Part shown: one piece after another, positions 1 to 14,484 of the stretch
How the letters are laid out: every line of letters begins with the position of its first letter
Numbering within the stretch: the stretch's first letter is position 1
Assembly: GCF_006345805.1 (NCBI RefSeq)
Contig: NC_043005.1
Span: 82,956,001-83,020,000, forward strand
DNA length: 64,000 nt
DNA from: Octopus sinensis
Lineage: Eukaryota
Direction: 5' to 3'
The notes under the pieces: generated by a model
What the model saw: only the letters and a program-made list of their open reading frames with translations
Told to the model about the DNA's origin: nothing
The model's database searches: none
Position numbers and translations under genes: made by a program

Positions 1-8
1 AGGAAGGA

Positions 9-15
9 AATAATG

Positions 16-46
<31 letters not shown>

Positions 47-72
47 TAATAATAATAATAATAATAATAATA
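9..72. repeat. (AAT)n microsatellite
   Basis: Direct reading. Confidence 0.97.
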
Positions 73-2004
73 TACATGCGTATATGGTGTGTGTTTCCTA
101 TATTGTCATAAATTTAGCTTTTAATCACATTTTCGATAACAAAAGCCCACGCACTAATAAATGGATCTGATAGCATGAATCAAAACGTGGTAGTTCGTTT
201 ACTATCTTCCGGTGAGATGGCGCTCCCAGCAGACACAGTAATCAGGTATTCAACCGTATGTAACTTCTGTTCAATATATTTCCGATTTTTACTTTTCGTT
301 TCTATTCTATCCACGAGATCGTTGCATTTAATCATACTTGTCTTTGTATGAGCAACTGAAATAAAAATGATAATCCAAGATAATGTTCCATTACATCAAT
401 TCTTACAAACCATAGACTTTCGGGGCAATATTTTCACATTAACGAAACCGGATGACATAGGTATGACAATATCACGTCGCAAGAGTAAATAAGATATCAG
501 ACTGTGATGATAGAGGATTGAACTGCATTATTACCATTAAAAACGGAAACGCACCGAACTAAATGCCTTCGAGCCATGTTTTCCCAGTTGCGTAGTAATG
601 TTTCCGAGGTTGGAGCATTACGATTGCTTAAACTAACGATTCAAATTAAGCTATTTTTGATTTAGCTGTTCGAAAAATTGTAACACATTTAGAATTGTTA
701 TTTTATTTGATGCTGTTCGCTCTAAACGCCTAGGAATTGCTATTGGATAAAAACCAATGAGCTTCGTAAGGCGTACAGTCAAGTTCATGGTGGACGTAAC
801 ACGGTTTCGTGTTGTTTCTGTTGAGTTCATTTTACACCATGCGATAATTTCCAAGTAACGTTTCGTCTCTCCTGGACGAGTAAAATACATATCATTAATA
901 TACTAAATATATTCTGTCGACTAACCAGAATACTAACTCCGTTAAACGTATGTATTGTGTGAGTGAACCGTAACTAAGACGCAGTAGAGGGAAGATAGAA
1001 AGAGAGTTAAAATACGAGGTGCAGGATGAATGAAGGGGAAGAAACATGGGAAGTTGAAGAGAAATCGCAATAAATTAACGAGTAGTTATGAGAGAATTTG
1101 TACCAATGAAAAATTTGTCTTATTCAATTTTATGTTAAGGGTATATATATATTTTTTTGAAAATATGCTTTCATTTCATCCATTAATACAGGTATCATAA
1201 CATTTGTTAACAATTTAATTATAACTATTGTATGTATGCCATATTTCTTGATATTGCCCATGGTGTAAATAGTATGCTTTCAAAATGATTTCATATGATG
1301 TGTAACACCCTAGTTGAAATATATTCGGTCCAGCACTCTATTTCTGCCACTCACCACTCTTTTTACTTCAAGAAGGTCGAAAAACCGGTCACATCGAATC
1401 GAAAACAATATCGGGATAGTTTATCAAAGACCAGATTTCCGTTTAGTAAAACAAAAAACGGAATTAAATTCAAGAGAATCGTTTCACAGGAATTCTTGCA
1501 CGGTATATACAATAATAACCTTGACCTGTAGCCTTACTTATCAATTCGAAATAGATAATCGGTTGTTCACATCAGTTTACATATCTTCTATAATACAATA
1601 TAAGTAATCTTTTAATTCGTTCGTGTTTATACACGTCAGAAACCAAGAGAGATTTGGTTCCATGTGAGATTTACTTATATTATAGAAGAGACTTTGCATA
1701 CTTTATCCCTTAAAAGAGATGGAAAATTAAGCTGCTTAAAGAAGTGGTAAATATAATCGATTAATACTTTTTATGTTTGTCGTGTTCTTGTTTTGCATCA
1801 AGTTGGTCCTGATCAAATTGATTAATGATCAAGAAGATTCCACTTGTGACCCCCTATCTTTGAAGAGATGTGTTTTGTACGACTACAGTCTTAAGAAAGT
1901 CGACCGTCGGATATGAGAAAACTGTAGTATAAACTACTTGTAGGACGAACAACCGAGTGAGGGCAACCTCATGGGCTATTCGTAACATTGGCGGCAAATT
2001 TTCG

Positions 2005-2212
2005 CTTCAAATTTTGGACAGCAAATTGAAGAGAAGGGACTTAGTCGATTACATAGATTTCAGCATTTGACTGTTACATTATTTTATTTTGATCACACTC
2101 AGGTGAAAGGCAAGTTGACTTCAGTGGTTTCTGAACTTAGAACTTAGAGAGCCGGAAGATATAGCCCTAATCATATTGCCAGACGCGCTTAAGGTTCTGG
2201 CAGCTCACCACA
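2005..2212 (-). mobile_element. tRNA-derived SINE family A, diverged
   Basis: Reverse complement resembles GGCGAGCTGGCAGAA...GTTCTGAGTTCAAA...GTCGACTTTGCCTTTCATCC...GTCGATGTAATCGAC shared by many copies here. Confidence 0.65.
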
Positions 2213-4031
2213 TTACTCTTCGTAATAACGACGTTAATAGAATCGGTTAAACAAGGCAGCGCTGAAAGATAACGAAATGCTTAGCAGTAACTGAGGATTT
2301 CCAAAGACTAGTTAACAAAAGCTTTAGATCGCTGAACGAAATCAATTTCGTCACTCCACCTTCTGTTTTGAAATAATCTCATCTGACCTACTTTACGTTT
2401 TCAACCTCCCAGGTTTATAATGAATAGGTACTGAGGTTATTTCAATCAACTATGCCATCTTTTTCCGATGTGTAATAAAGTATTTGTGATTGATCTAGAA
2501 TAATCAATAATACATTTAGAAAGTAGGAACGAGTAAACATCACACTGATTAACAATTTTCCAAGTAATGTATTTATCCAAACATGTAAGTGAATACTTTT
2601 CTGTATTCATTTCCTCCTTTCAGTCATTAGACTATGGTCTCCATTAAGACACAGAAGATCCAAGAGTTGTTATATCGACACTTGTATTTCACTAGTATTT
2701 ATTTTATCGACGAGAAAAGGACGGAAATCAGAGTCAACCAAGTATACACACACACATACATGCATGCAAACACACACCACCATAAAGACATACAAACATA
2801 CATGCATACATGCATACATGCATACACACGTAAGAACGTACATACAAACACACATTCGTACGCACATATATTCATACACAAATACGCACGAACATATATT
2901 CATATATACATGCATGTATGCATATGCTCTCCTTCACAACTTTACTACCAATCAGTTGGCCAGTCAAAATTATAGATTAAAACCAGAAAAAAATATACTT
3001 ACATATATGCATACATACATACGTAAAAATATTTATACAGTCATAGTGGTTAACCGCCCTCCACATATGAACATTTCCTCTAAAATCAGCTAGTGGTAAT
3101 CTGCAAAGCTAGGATTTTCAAGCTAAGAAAGAGGTACAATCTTACAATCTGTGGTCGGAAGAGTAAAGATAAGCAAGACATGCTTAAAGTTCGATATTTA
3201 ACAATTATCATTCGTATTATCCAAATTCCATTGATGAGGTTTTCGTTTCGTATACCCGTAATTTTTAATTCATTAGTATTCTTCCTAGGAGTAGGAAGTT
3301 GGTTTCTAACAACGAAACAAAAACCCTATCATTGGAATTTGGATAATACGAATGATAATTGTTAAATATCGAACTTTAAGCATGTCTTTACTCTTCCGAT
3401 CACGGATTGTACCCCTTTCTTTGCTTGAAAATCCTAGCTTTTGCAGATTACCACTAGCTGATTTTAGAGGAGATGTTCATATGTGGTGGGCGGTTAACCA
3501 CTATGATTGTATAAATATTTATTTGTTTGTTTGTTTGTTTGTTTGTATGTATGTATGTATGTATGTATGTTTGCTTGCTTGCTTGCTTGCTTGCATACAA
3601 GCATGTGATGTGCTTCAGAAAGTTTGCATGTATATGTCCATCTATCCTCCTCTCTTATGTTTTTATGTAACTGTCACTCGTTCTCTCAATCATTTATTAT
3701 TAAACCTCTTCCTGGTCTTCATTGAAAGTTATCTCACATTTAATCCTTCATCATTCCGTTCTCTCCAACTTAATCGCTCAATTTGCCATGTATCTATCTC
3801 TTTATATCTTTTGTATCATAGCAGTTTGTGTTCACAAAGTTCCTTTACTACACTTCTGCCTTTATCTCTCACACTCTCTCGCTTGCCGCCATCTCCTCTA
3901 CCACCATCTCCTTCAATCCTTTAATTTAGAAACAAGGCCCATGGTTGAAATCTGCAATGGTACCCATATTAACAAGCTAAGGATTTTATATAGCAAGGAA
4001 CTTCTTAAACCTAACCATATTTAACATATTG

Positions 4032-4243
4032 CTTTCAAATTTTGGTATCAGGCCAGCAATTTCGGAACGGGTATAATTCGACTATATCAATCCCAGTACT
4101 TAACTGAGACTTATTTTATCGACCTGGCAAGGATGAAAGGTAAAGTTGACCCCGGCGGAATTTGAAACCGGAACGTAAAGACGGACGAAATGCTACTAAC
4201 CTTTTTGTCCGTCGTGCTAACGATTCTCCCACCACCCCGCCTT
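4032..4243 (-). mobile_element. SINE family A
   Basis: GGATGAAAGGTAAAGTTGACCCCGGCGGAATTTGAA...GCTAACGATTCT. Confidence 0.85.
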
Positions 4244-4697
4244 ATATGACATTTACATATTAACAGTATAAGGCATCGAATTAGTAGAGTTTGCAGAACG
4301 TCGAATAGAATATTCAAATTCTACCAACATCAACTTTGCCCATCATCTCTTGGGGGTATCTATTGGTGGACCAATAAGAACACGTAACCGGGTGCTTTGC
4401 GGTATTTGTCCCTACGTATTGCATTAAAATCCCATAGATTTACACTATCAACTAGTTTAATTCCATCACATGGTCATTTTAGCAAATCCACTCTGTTGCA
4501 AGCATCGGGGACCAGGCTTTCGATTTGAGGTTAACTTCTTCGTACTAGTTCTGCAGATGCTGTAACGAGTCACAGATACTGCCTTCCTTGTTGATAAAAG
4601 ACAGAAAATATTTCAGTAACATTGCATATCAGTTGAATGCAGACCAGAGAATAGTTATTTCTATTCTATTTTTATTGATGTGGTTAGAGCAGCGAGC

Positions 4698-4885
4698 AAG
4701 CGAGCAGGCAGAATTGTTAACACGCTGGACAAAATGCTTAGCAACATGTCGTCCGTCTTGAAATTCTACCAAGGCCAACTTGACCTATTATCCTTTCGAG
4801 ATCGGTAAAAAAAAAGTACCGTTTGAAGACTGGAGTCGATGTAATCAACTACTCCCTCCCCTGAATTTGTGCCGCCTTCGAAACA
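4698..4885 (+). mobile_element. SINE family A
   Basis: GCGAGCAGGCAGAATTGTTAACACGCTGGACAAAATGCTTAGC...GTCGATGTAATCAAC. Confidence 0.8.
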
Positions 4886-5184
4886 CGGAGTAGATGAAAC
4901 AGGGACAACTGATGAAGGGGAATATTCTTTATGTTGCATGTCTCATTTCTCTGTTTCTCTTTTGGTTGTTCCCCATAAAGTTCGTTTCTACGTTTTTGTT
5001 TTTATGTTTTCCATTCTCATTGTTTTCAACGTTCTTTTGGTGTCCTGCACCCATACATGCGTGTATATATACATATATATGTAGGTATGTACATATATGT
5101 ATGTATATATGCATATATTCATATATTATTTATATTATATATTTACGTACATATATGATGGACTCTTCCGTAGAAGATGGCGTA

Positions 5185-5360
5185 TGACTTCAGGTTTTGC
5201 CGATCGACCTACACAAATGATTTGATTATAGTGATCAAATACTCGTGCCACAAGGCTATAGCAGAAGACACTTGTCCAAGGTACCATTCAGTGGGACAGA
5301 ACCCGGAACCATGTGGTTGGTTAGCAAGCTACTTACTACGCAGCCGCTCCTGCACCTGCA
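5185..5360 (-). mobile_element. SINE family B, tRNA-like head
   Basis: Reverse complement GGTGCAGGAGCGGCTGCGTAGTAAGTAGCTTGCTAACCAACCACATGGTTCCGGGTTC; similar heads at 9600-9776, 18017-18165, 25015-25143, 50400-50645. Confidence 0.8.
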
Positions 5361-5419
5361 CATTTCGCATATAGTTTAGTTATACATATTCGTATACATG
5401 TTAATACATATACACAACT

Positions 5420-5695
5420 CAAACACGCGCACACACACACACACATTCATATATATTTATATATACACATAGAGAGAAGGTGAAATATATAAATAGATAC
5501 AGAGATATATGCATATATATGAATTTCTCTTTTTCGCTCACTCTCCATATCTCTCCCTATACACACACACACATTCACACACACACACACATATATATAT
5601 ATATACACACACACACACATATATATACTTGTGTGTTTGTACCCGCGTTTAGTGTGTGGGTATGTGTGTGTGAGAGAGAGAGAGTCTGTGTGTGT

Positions 5696-5737
<42 letters not shown>

Positions 5738-6159
5738 CATATTTGTTAGTTATGCAACTAGTTGCTTCATTCAGGACGTACAAATTTTTCCGTTGCTTGA
5801 CATTTGTAAAAAAATATTTGTGGGTGCCTAGAAAAACAACGATCTGTACATTTCAAGAAAAAAAAAACATGCATACAATGTTTTCAGAAACCAGATGGTG
5901 TACAAGATGGCGGTAAATAGAGACTGACACAAACTCACAAACCCACAGATAAACACGTGTACAATCAAAAGCACAAACTAGTTTGATAGTGACAGACAAG
6001 GCTACGTTTTAAGTATCTACATCTAGGTAGTTGATTATGCTCTATATATATGCACACTCAACACACATATACACGCATATATATGTACATATCTGCGTAT
6101 GCATCATATATGTGATACATATATGTGTATGTGTGTGTGTATGTTTGTGTATTTATGTG

Positions 6160-6197
<38 letters not shown>

Positions 6198-6293
6198 CAT
6201 AGATAAACGTAAATGTATATACACTTGTATCATGTACATATATATATATATATATGTCTGTGTGTGTGTGTGTATTTGTGTGTTTGTGTGTAA

Positions 6294-6330
<37 letters not shown>

Positions 6331-6385
6331 ATATATATATACATACATAGATAAACATAAATGTATATACACATGTATCATGTAC

Positions 6386-6421
<36 letters not shown>

Positions 6422-6425
6422 ATAG
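5420..6425. repeat. Compound (CA)/(TG)/(TA) microsatellite field with a ~140-bp internal duplication (about 6130-6400)
   Basis: ACATACATAGATAAAC(G/A)TAAATGTATATACAC(T/A)TGTATCATGTACATA occurs twice. Confidence 0.9.
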
Positions 6426-7959
6426 TGAGAGAGAAAGAGAGACCGAGGGAAGAGAGACAAAAAAGCAAAGAATACACGTTAGATCAAAGACTGTTATTTA
6501 TTTTTTTCTAGTCTAGTCTACTCCACTGAACCGTTTATATCAAACTACAGAATAAATCGCTAAAGGGTTGTGAATATATTTTTTCTCTGCTCTCACTTTC
6601 TTGAAGTTTCAAGAAAGTTTCGAGATAGGACAGAATATTTCGTATATTTTATGTAAGAGTTCCAATATTGCTCTCAGCATCAACAGAAGATGAAATATGT
6701 TTGGCAGATAGATGAACATTAGCCATTAATCTGATAAAACCGTATCATTTGTTCAACGAATTTTCACATTGTCCCAGACACTGTTATCGTCGTATTCTTC
6801 CTCTCTCTCCCTCACTATTTCTCTCTCTTTCATTGTTACATATCGCCATATCACTTTTCTTCGCAATCTTCCTCTTTTAACGTCTTCTGTATCCTACTCC
6901 GTCTATCGCTCTCACTCCTAGTCAATCTATCTCTCCATTAATCTATCTATCTATCTCTTCCTCTTTTATTTTTTTCACGCAATAGATGCGGTCAATTTAG
7001 GGTGACGCTTTGGAGGATGTACTTGAAAAAATCTATCCATTTGCTATTTCTTTTTTTTTTTCTTAAGAACTTTATCCATCAGCCTTTTACTCGAACCGTT
7101 AAGTTACCTTTCCCTGAACCTCTATGTTACAGAAGCATAAACAAACCAACATCAAACGATAGGAGAGGCAATGACGTGTATGCACGCGCGCGCAAGCACA
7201 CACACATGTATATTTATGTATACGTATATATACCCCCATAATTATGGTGATTGCGATAATCTGTCGTAGACTAAGAATGACGTTTCTGTAATTTCTTCAA
7301 TTTTTTAAAGAAATGTTTTGTTTATAGTGATCAAATGTTTGTGCTATACGTTAGATCACGCCTTCCATTAAATCAATGTTGCCTGAGCTGGTACAAGGAG
7401 TACCACACATCAGGTGAGATGAAGTTATTTGCTCAAGAACTCGACATACTACTCGGTCTAGCAATTGAAACGAGGATCTTGTGATCGTTACAGTACCGTA
7501 TCCAGTAAAACGTGCGCATTCAAGACACATTAAACAATCTCTATGAATATAAAGAAACATTTTCCTAAATCAGTTTCGACTGCAAATTATATTTATTTTC
7601 ACAGAACTTTGTGGATACAACGAGGAAGTCTATCGAGCTAAAAAAAAATAGTACCTCAACCCAGTTTTCTAGAAAGAGAAGCCAAATTTCTTTCACCTTA
7701 AAATACAACAAACTGGATAATATAGTATTGGGTTCTCGGCAGATAAGAAAGTTTAGAAGGGTCACTGCAAGAGTGTATTTCCTCTTACGTCTGTTCGTCC
7801 AGGTCTGACCAGTGTCCCTGAAACAACTGTTCATTTAATTAATTTACGATACTTTAGAATCATACTTCATTGACAAGTTCCTTGTTCTGTGATTGCCCAT
7901 TGAAAATCAAACAATTTTGTGACAATAGTGATATGATAGCATTTGGGATTTAGGGCTAT

Positions 7960-8228
7960 TATGGGCCTAGGTCTCATAAGGTCAGGACTTATCCCCATTT
8001 CCACAGCGTATGACTGACATTTCAACCCGACCCGCGAATGGGACGCCTTCCATCGCAGCGCTGACTTCTTAGTTATTGCTGAAACTCATTTACTAGTGAG
8101 TGAGAAGGACAGCATGACATGGCGTTTTTTTCTCCAGAACACAACGCTCTCCACAGTCCAGGAATTGAAACTGCATTCTTACAATCGTGAGTGCAACACG
8201 ATTGTAACTACTGGGTTACGCGCCTTCA
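7960..8228 (-). mobile_element. SINE family C
   Basis: Reverse complement begins GAAGGCGCGTAACCCAGTAGTTA; related copies at 23652-23830 (+), 26265-26530 (+), 27520-27715 (-). Confidence 0.65.
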
Positions 8229-8280
8229 CAACAGAGATCTGATCATCCTTTTGAAATAGCAATATATTTACTTTAGAAAT

Positions 8281-8480
8281 TAAGGCGACGAGCTGGCAGA
8301 ATTGTTACCGCGCCAGGAAAAATGCTTTGAGGCATTTGGTCCGTCTTAACGTTCTGACTTCAAATTCTGCCGATGTTGACTTCATTCTTTCATCCATTCA
8401 AGGTCCACATACTCACCAGCTAAGTGATTAATGAATTCGCCACCATGTTATCCTAGGTTCGGTGCTACTAAGTAACACTT
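8281..8480 (+). mobile_element. SINE family A
   Basis: TAAGGCGACGAGCTGGCAGAATTGTTACCGCGCCAGG...TTCTGACTTCAAATTCTGCCG. Confidence 0.8.
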
Positions 8481-11261
8481 TCGCACGTGTATTTACCACA
8501 GCCTCGGTTGAACCAAGACTTAGGAATAACATTGAGTAGATAGTAATTGTATAAAATCACATGAGATAGATAGCAATTAATAGTTTCCACCTCGTCACAG
8601 ATATGCACCTCGCTGATTCTGTGATGTACGTTAAGGACACACGTGCCCAGTGTGTACTCAACCACTTCTCATACTAATTCAATGAAATGTTTGTACACTT
8701 GCTCCAACGACTGGCCGCTCTTACGTCGAAATCAACTAGAGATTCTATCATTATACTATATACTATATATATATATTCTATCCAATACAAACAAGAAAGA
8801 AGCTGGATATAACAATATGGTATGACAGATTTAAAATAATACACCATGTTGAATTAATCGTCCCATATGAAGAGAATGTTGATGCAGCTCAAATTAGTAA
8901 ATACTAGTGTTATGAGGTGCTAGTACTAGACTGTATAGATGCTCGTTGGAACAAAGTACACCCTCCTCTAGAAATTGGATATAGGGATTCTATTGGAAAC
9001 ATACTGAGATGCTGGTTGCTATGAACTGGTATCAAATATCGCCAAGAATATGCCATCTAGAAAGAGAATCAGGCGACATTTGAGAAAGCAAACCATTTGG
9101 ATATACTGCTGAAAAACAGATGAAATCTGGCTGGAGAGGAGATGATCCTCAAATGGACTTGAGGCTGAATACTGGTCACTCGAAGAAGTAGATGGGGCCT
9201 CAAATCCGTACGTTTGGCAGGTGCACTGTAAAGCCATCGAGAAAAAGGTCCCGAAACGGGGTGCATTCTCTCCTGATGACTCACGAAACCTACTGGCATC
9301 CGGTATGAGAAGTATTCGATTGGCTGCACTTGCACAAGCGGGTTACTAAGGCCCTTTACTAAAACCTCTCCCAGGAAATCAAATCGCATACCCGACAACC
9401 CTGGTTGACTACCGTGAAATGTAAAGAACTTTTTCAAATTATCGTACTTCGATAAGAAAAAAAATCCACGACCTTCCGTCAAAATAAACCACTATTGTCT
9501 CCCTGAAAGTTGTTTTTTTATATATTTATTACGGATTGCTTGAAGCTAACCTTCTTCCTACACTTCGATCATTGGATCTCATATATGTGTGGGGGGGGGG
9601 TATACACGATAGGCATCTATAAAGTTTCCGTCAATCAAATTCACTCACAAGGTATTGCATTACAGGTGGGTCTGGGTCTATAGTAGACAACATTTCCCAA
9701 GTTCCTGTGCAGAAGGACTGAACCAAACCACGCGACTGCAAAGCGTGCTTGTTAACCACACAGCAATGCCTCCGCATAAATTTCTGTCCTTAAGTCAGCC
9801 AGATTTCAGCGTCAACATGGATGCATGATTCATTACTGTGCAGTGGTATGATTCTTAATCTTCCTACGTATATTACTAATGATAGTATGGATAAATAAAT
9901 GAAATAATAATAATAATAGTAATAATAATAATCTATAAGCTAATAATAAAACGAATCTTCAGTGTTGACTCAACAATTGAAAAAGTTATGGACTTTACCA
10001 GAAATAGATTATCCTAAAATTGTTATACTCCGTATTAAAACCATTAAATTTTCTTGTTATATTTAAAATAAATCTGTCTGGAATAACGTAATAATTTATA
10101 ATGTGAGGTCATTTCACATTGCTTAAGAAAATAATACATACACACATCCATAACAGCTGCATTGAAAATGCTTTTAACGTTTGGCCAGTTATCAACATGA
10201 GATGAATAATCTAACGGATTTTTACATTCTTCTTGATCTTCCAAGCAATAACAGTGTTTGTATGCGTGTGTCCGGATGTGTAAGCGTCTGCGTGTCTGTC
10301 CGTATATGTGTATGTGCGTGTTTAATCTGTGTAAGGTTTAATTGAATAATTATCTTTACAACAAACTGAATTTGACATTCCACTTCTAAAATTGCACATT
10401 ATACTTAAAGGAGCTTCTCAAATTTTAAGTAGATTTCTCTGTGTCATTACTGCTCACCTTTAAATTCCTTCCATTTTTTAATTAATTTTATTGATTTATT
10501 CACATACTAAGTGCACTCTAGCATGGTTGTGATAGAATTAGTTGTGACCTCGTTTATCTTGGTTCAAGCACGTAAAAGATCTTCAACTCTGAACCACAAG
10601 CTAACAAAAATACAGCACTTCTTAAGGTAGTGCTATGGCATAAACTGCAGAGCAACATATCAAGTTCTTGAAATTATTTAATTTCATCTCTCTCGGTTCT
10701 GAGACCGACAATACAAGCACCTGTAATATGCTGTGTCAATTCAGTGAATTATATCTTATCGCAGGCAGCTGATGTTCTGTCCTGACAATTTGGTCCTGTC
10801 AAATTATGCAGTAACTATTTTTTTTTCAAAATAGGCTGAGGTATTGTTGTTGTTATTGTTCTTACTGCTTTTAATGTTGTTTTTGTGATGATGCTATCTA
10901 ACTCCAGGTTAATGCTGATTAAGTAACTTTCTAATAAAATCATTGTATCCATGACATCCGCTTTTGTTTTGCAATTATATTTACAAACAGATTTATCCAA
11001 CGATATCTTTCCCTTCTTTAAACAGCAATATATCATTTGAGGGAGATTTTGATTATTGTTTTAAGCAAACAAGTGACCATATTAAAGCTTCCTCGTTGCT
11101 TTGAAATAAACTACGCATTTGATGCTTACATGGTTCGAGCAACTAGAATGACCCAAGAAGATCTAAAAAAAAATTGAACTCAATTCCGTCTTGAAATAGA
11201 CTGAAGTCTAACATGACTGTGCCCTTTTACAGTTAATACACCAATCTGATTATTATATATT

Positions 11262-11486
11262 TTCAACTAACAGACCAAATTTCGGCCTAAATATTCTGTC
11301 TATGTTTTGATTAATTTTGAAAATTAAGAACAATTTAGTAAAATAATTTTGTCATTAGTAATCTAGTGATTGAAACACAAATTGGCATGAAATTTTGATG
11401 AAAGGTTTTAATTTAACCATTTTTGGAGAAAGATTGTATCATAGAACCGTGAACGGTCAGATGGAGCTTTTTATTATAAGGGTTAA
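11262..11486. mobile_element. Possible piggyBac-type MITE, one end only
   Basis: Ends in AAGGG followed by TTAA; body resembles a common octopus repeat (from memory); other terminus not found. Confidence 0.4.
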
Positions 11487-13847
11487 ACTCTCAATAAAAT
11501 TCTTTCTTGAAATATATTAAACTGCAGCACGGTTGTACTCATTTGTAGCTAATATAGACATCTGATGGTTACATATTTTCAGCATCCTGACCAATATAAG
11601 AAGTCTTGACACAATCCGACGTTGAAATAAACAGAAGTGGAACAATTGCACTCATTTACAGCTATATATATAGACAATTAAAGTATAATCATCAAAATAT
11701 ATCTTCACAGTAATTACGAATTCAATTAATAACAGATAGTTAAAATCTAGCACATTATTACATTGCAGTAAATCTAGCTGGAACTGATCTGTTATGCGTT
11801 TAAGGATTTAATGATGTTTATGCTAATGAAACAGCTGTTGAGCACAATTGAAGTATGAATTATATGTGAAAATTATGTTCTGCTTGTATTCTAAATATGC
11901 TTTTCCTGATGGATAAATATTTCAGCTGCCAGACTGATCCTGAAAGAGACTGAAATGTTACACGGCCGAAATGTTCCATGGATGAAATGTTCGTTTTTAC
12001 AACGTGTACATAAATCTAGTGGTTATATATTTTCAGCTAACAGACTCACATGGGAAGACCTAAACCTTGAACACAATTCTTTTTTAAAACAGACTGAAGT
12101 GGCATACAACTGTACTCATCTAAATCTGATGGTTTTATATTTTTTCAACATAAAAACTGATCTAGATAGACTTAATCATTTTCATCTTGATCACATTTCT
12201 GGTTCCGATGATATGAACTACATACACGTTGTCTGATAATTCGACGTTAGTATTGACTTAAACACCACAGTGTACTGGCATTTTCTATTGAATATTGTTT
12301 CCCTCCAGGTGTCAGCGAAAACTGTTATATATTGTTGTTGTTGCTATTATTACTACAATGACTATATTATACTGTGCAATAACATAGAGACAGAAGACAC
12401 TGTTTTAACATTCATGGCAGTTTCCGTGTGCTGTGTATGGACGTTGAACTTTAAGAAAGCGTCTATTGATTTTTTTTTATTCTCAGAATGAGTATTGTGA
12501 ACGATGATATAGCTTTTGAATTAAGCTTCGGTATTTTTTGTGGTTAATGTGTGAAGTCACGTCATGCTTTCCCGAATAATGGAATCACTAAAACTGATTT
12601 TCCCTACATTCGTTTTTTGATTTAATTCTGTCTTCTCTTTTTCTCCTCTCATAAGTTACAATTGAGATTATTTTTTACATGTTCTATATACTGTCCATCT
12701 TTCATATTATGGTTAAATTTCAGAAATCCGTTTTCACAGAAAATGTTTGCTTAACCCAGCTTGAATACGAAATACATAAAATATGTATAAAAATACAAGT
12801 CTCATTGGTCTTTTCAGTACCTCTTAAAGATTTAATGATGGAATAGTTATACAGATGTCACAATTCACCAGTGCATCAAGAAGCATCACTTGAATATTTA
12901 ATCTCATGGTAGTATAAATTATACTGAAAACATAATTAACCGTCTCAGATACGAGACTAAATTTCCAACTAATGAAACGTCATTACATCAGTAAGATTTG
13001 CCAATACAGATGTATATAGATATAGATTTGCCTATATAGATATCCAATTGCTAATTATAGATTTTACGTTGTTTGAGGATATGTTTTTATGCTATGCATA
13101 CAGTTTCGATTTTTTACGTATTGAAAACAATTATCCTGCATCTATCTCGCATAACGTATTATATATTATATTATACTTCAGTGATATCCGTCATATGACA
13201 GATAACCTTAAAAATATACTCTTGCCACCATGGGTAATATCAGGAAATATAGCACACATACAATAATTATAATTGAACTTTATCACATCTTTTGTTGTTT
13301 ATTAAAAATGATATAATGAATACTAACTTTAAAAGAAAAATATTTCTAACCCTAAAATGAATTTAATAAAACAATTTTCGCATTTACATATTTGCAATAA
13401 ATATGTATTATACTTTTTATAAATTTTGTCTACATAATTCCAATTTACTCCAACGAAAAACCTATCTCTACAAAATTTAATTTTAAAATGTTTATTTTTC
13501 AATAAGTTATAACACACTCATTCTGCATCTTTAATAATTACTCTCTCCATATCGCTCTTTTATTGTCATTTTCCTACTCTCTAAAAGATTTTAAGTGTGA
13601 CAGAAGACGTCAACCAACTCATATATCAGCTATTATTAAATAGAGATTGTATTATATTATATTATATTATATTATATTAATGATTTTATTGTTTCATTTC
13701 TGCTCAGAATTTCTTTTTTCTTTTGAGTATATTTGCTTGTTATTTTCTAGCAAGTTAAACGAATATACCAAGTGTTCCTGATTACAGTCGATTAGTATAA
13801 ACAGTCCTATTCTGAACAAATATTAACAAAAATAATCGTTTTATCCT

Positions 13848-13902
13848 CGTATATATATATATATATAATATATATATATATATAATATATATATAATATA
13901 TA

Positions 13903-13938
<36 letters not shown>

Positions 13939-14449
13939 TGTATGTATGTATGTATGTATGTGTATGTATGTATGTATGTATGTATGTATGTATGTATGTA
14001 TGTATGTATGTATGTATGTATGTATAAGCCAGAATTTAAATATTTCAGAGGAACGACTTTGCTTTCCATACCTTCAGAGCCAATGAAAATAACTGCAGGC
14101 AATATATTGGAATTTAGCCATCGCTCGTAACGAGAATTTTATACTGCGCGGGAAATAGTCCTTGTAACAAAAGGAATCAATAGTATAAAATAGCCTTTGT
14201 CTCAAAATCAATATTGATTTAGTTTTCTTGTTTCTAACACACTGCTTCAATCACGAATAATAATTGGAACGATACGTACGTCAAAATGATACTTTACAAC
14301 TTAGAATGTTTTTTTTTTACAATCTGTTTTTGAGGTAGAAAGGAAGTTATGAGAAAAATAACACAAAACAAACTGAGATCAATTTCCACAAATTAAACAA
14401 ATTCAGTGTTTCGTGGCAAAAGAAAAGTGATGTGGGATAACTAAGCACA

Positions 14450-14484
<35 letters not shown>

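Noticed and set aside
130-890. Minus frame with VRLTKLIGFYPI, reminiscent of a gustatory-receptor-like N-terminus
   Set aside because: Many stops, no convincing transmembrane series; resemblance limited to a few residues
9265-9312. CTGATGA-CTCAC-GAAAC hammerhead-like boxes
   Set aside because: Only 5 nt between the boxes with no stem II pairing, and stem I is out of register
8940-9482. GC-richer block with 137-aa and 72-aa minus-strand ORFs
   Set aside because: No recognisable motif in any frame; probably an old element relic that I cannot assign
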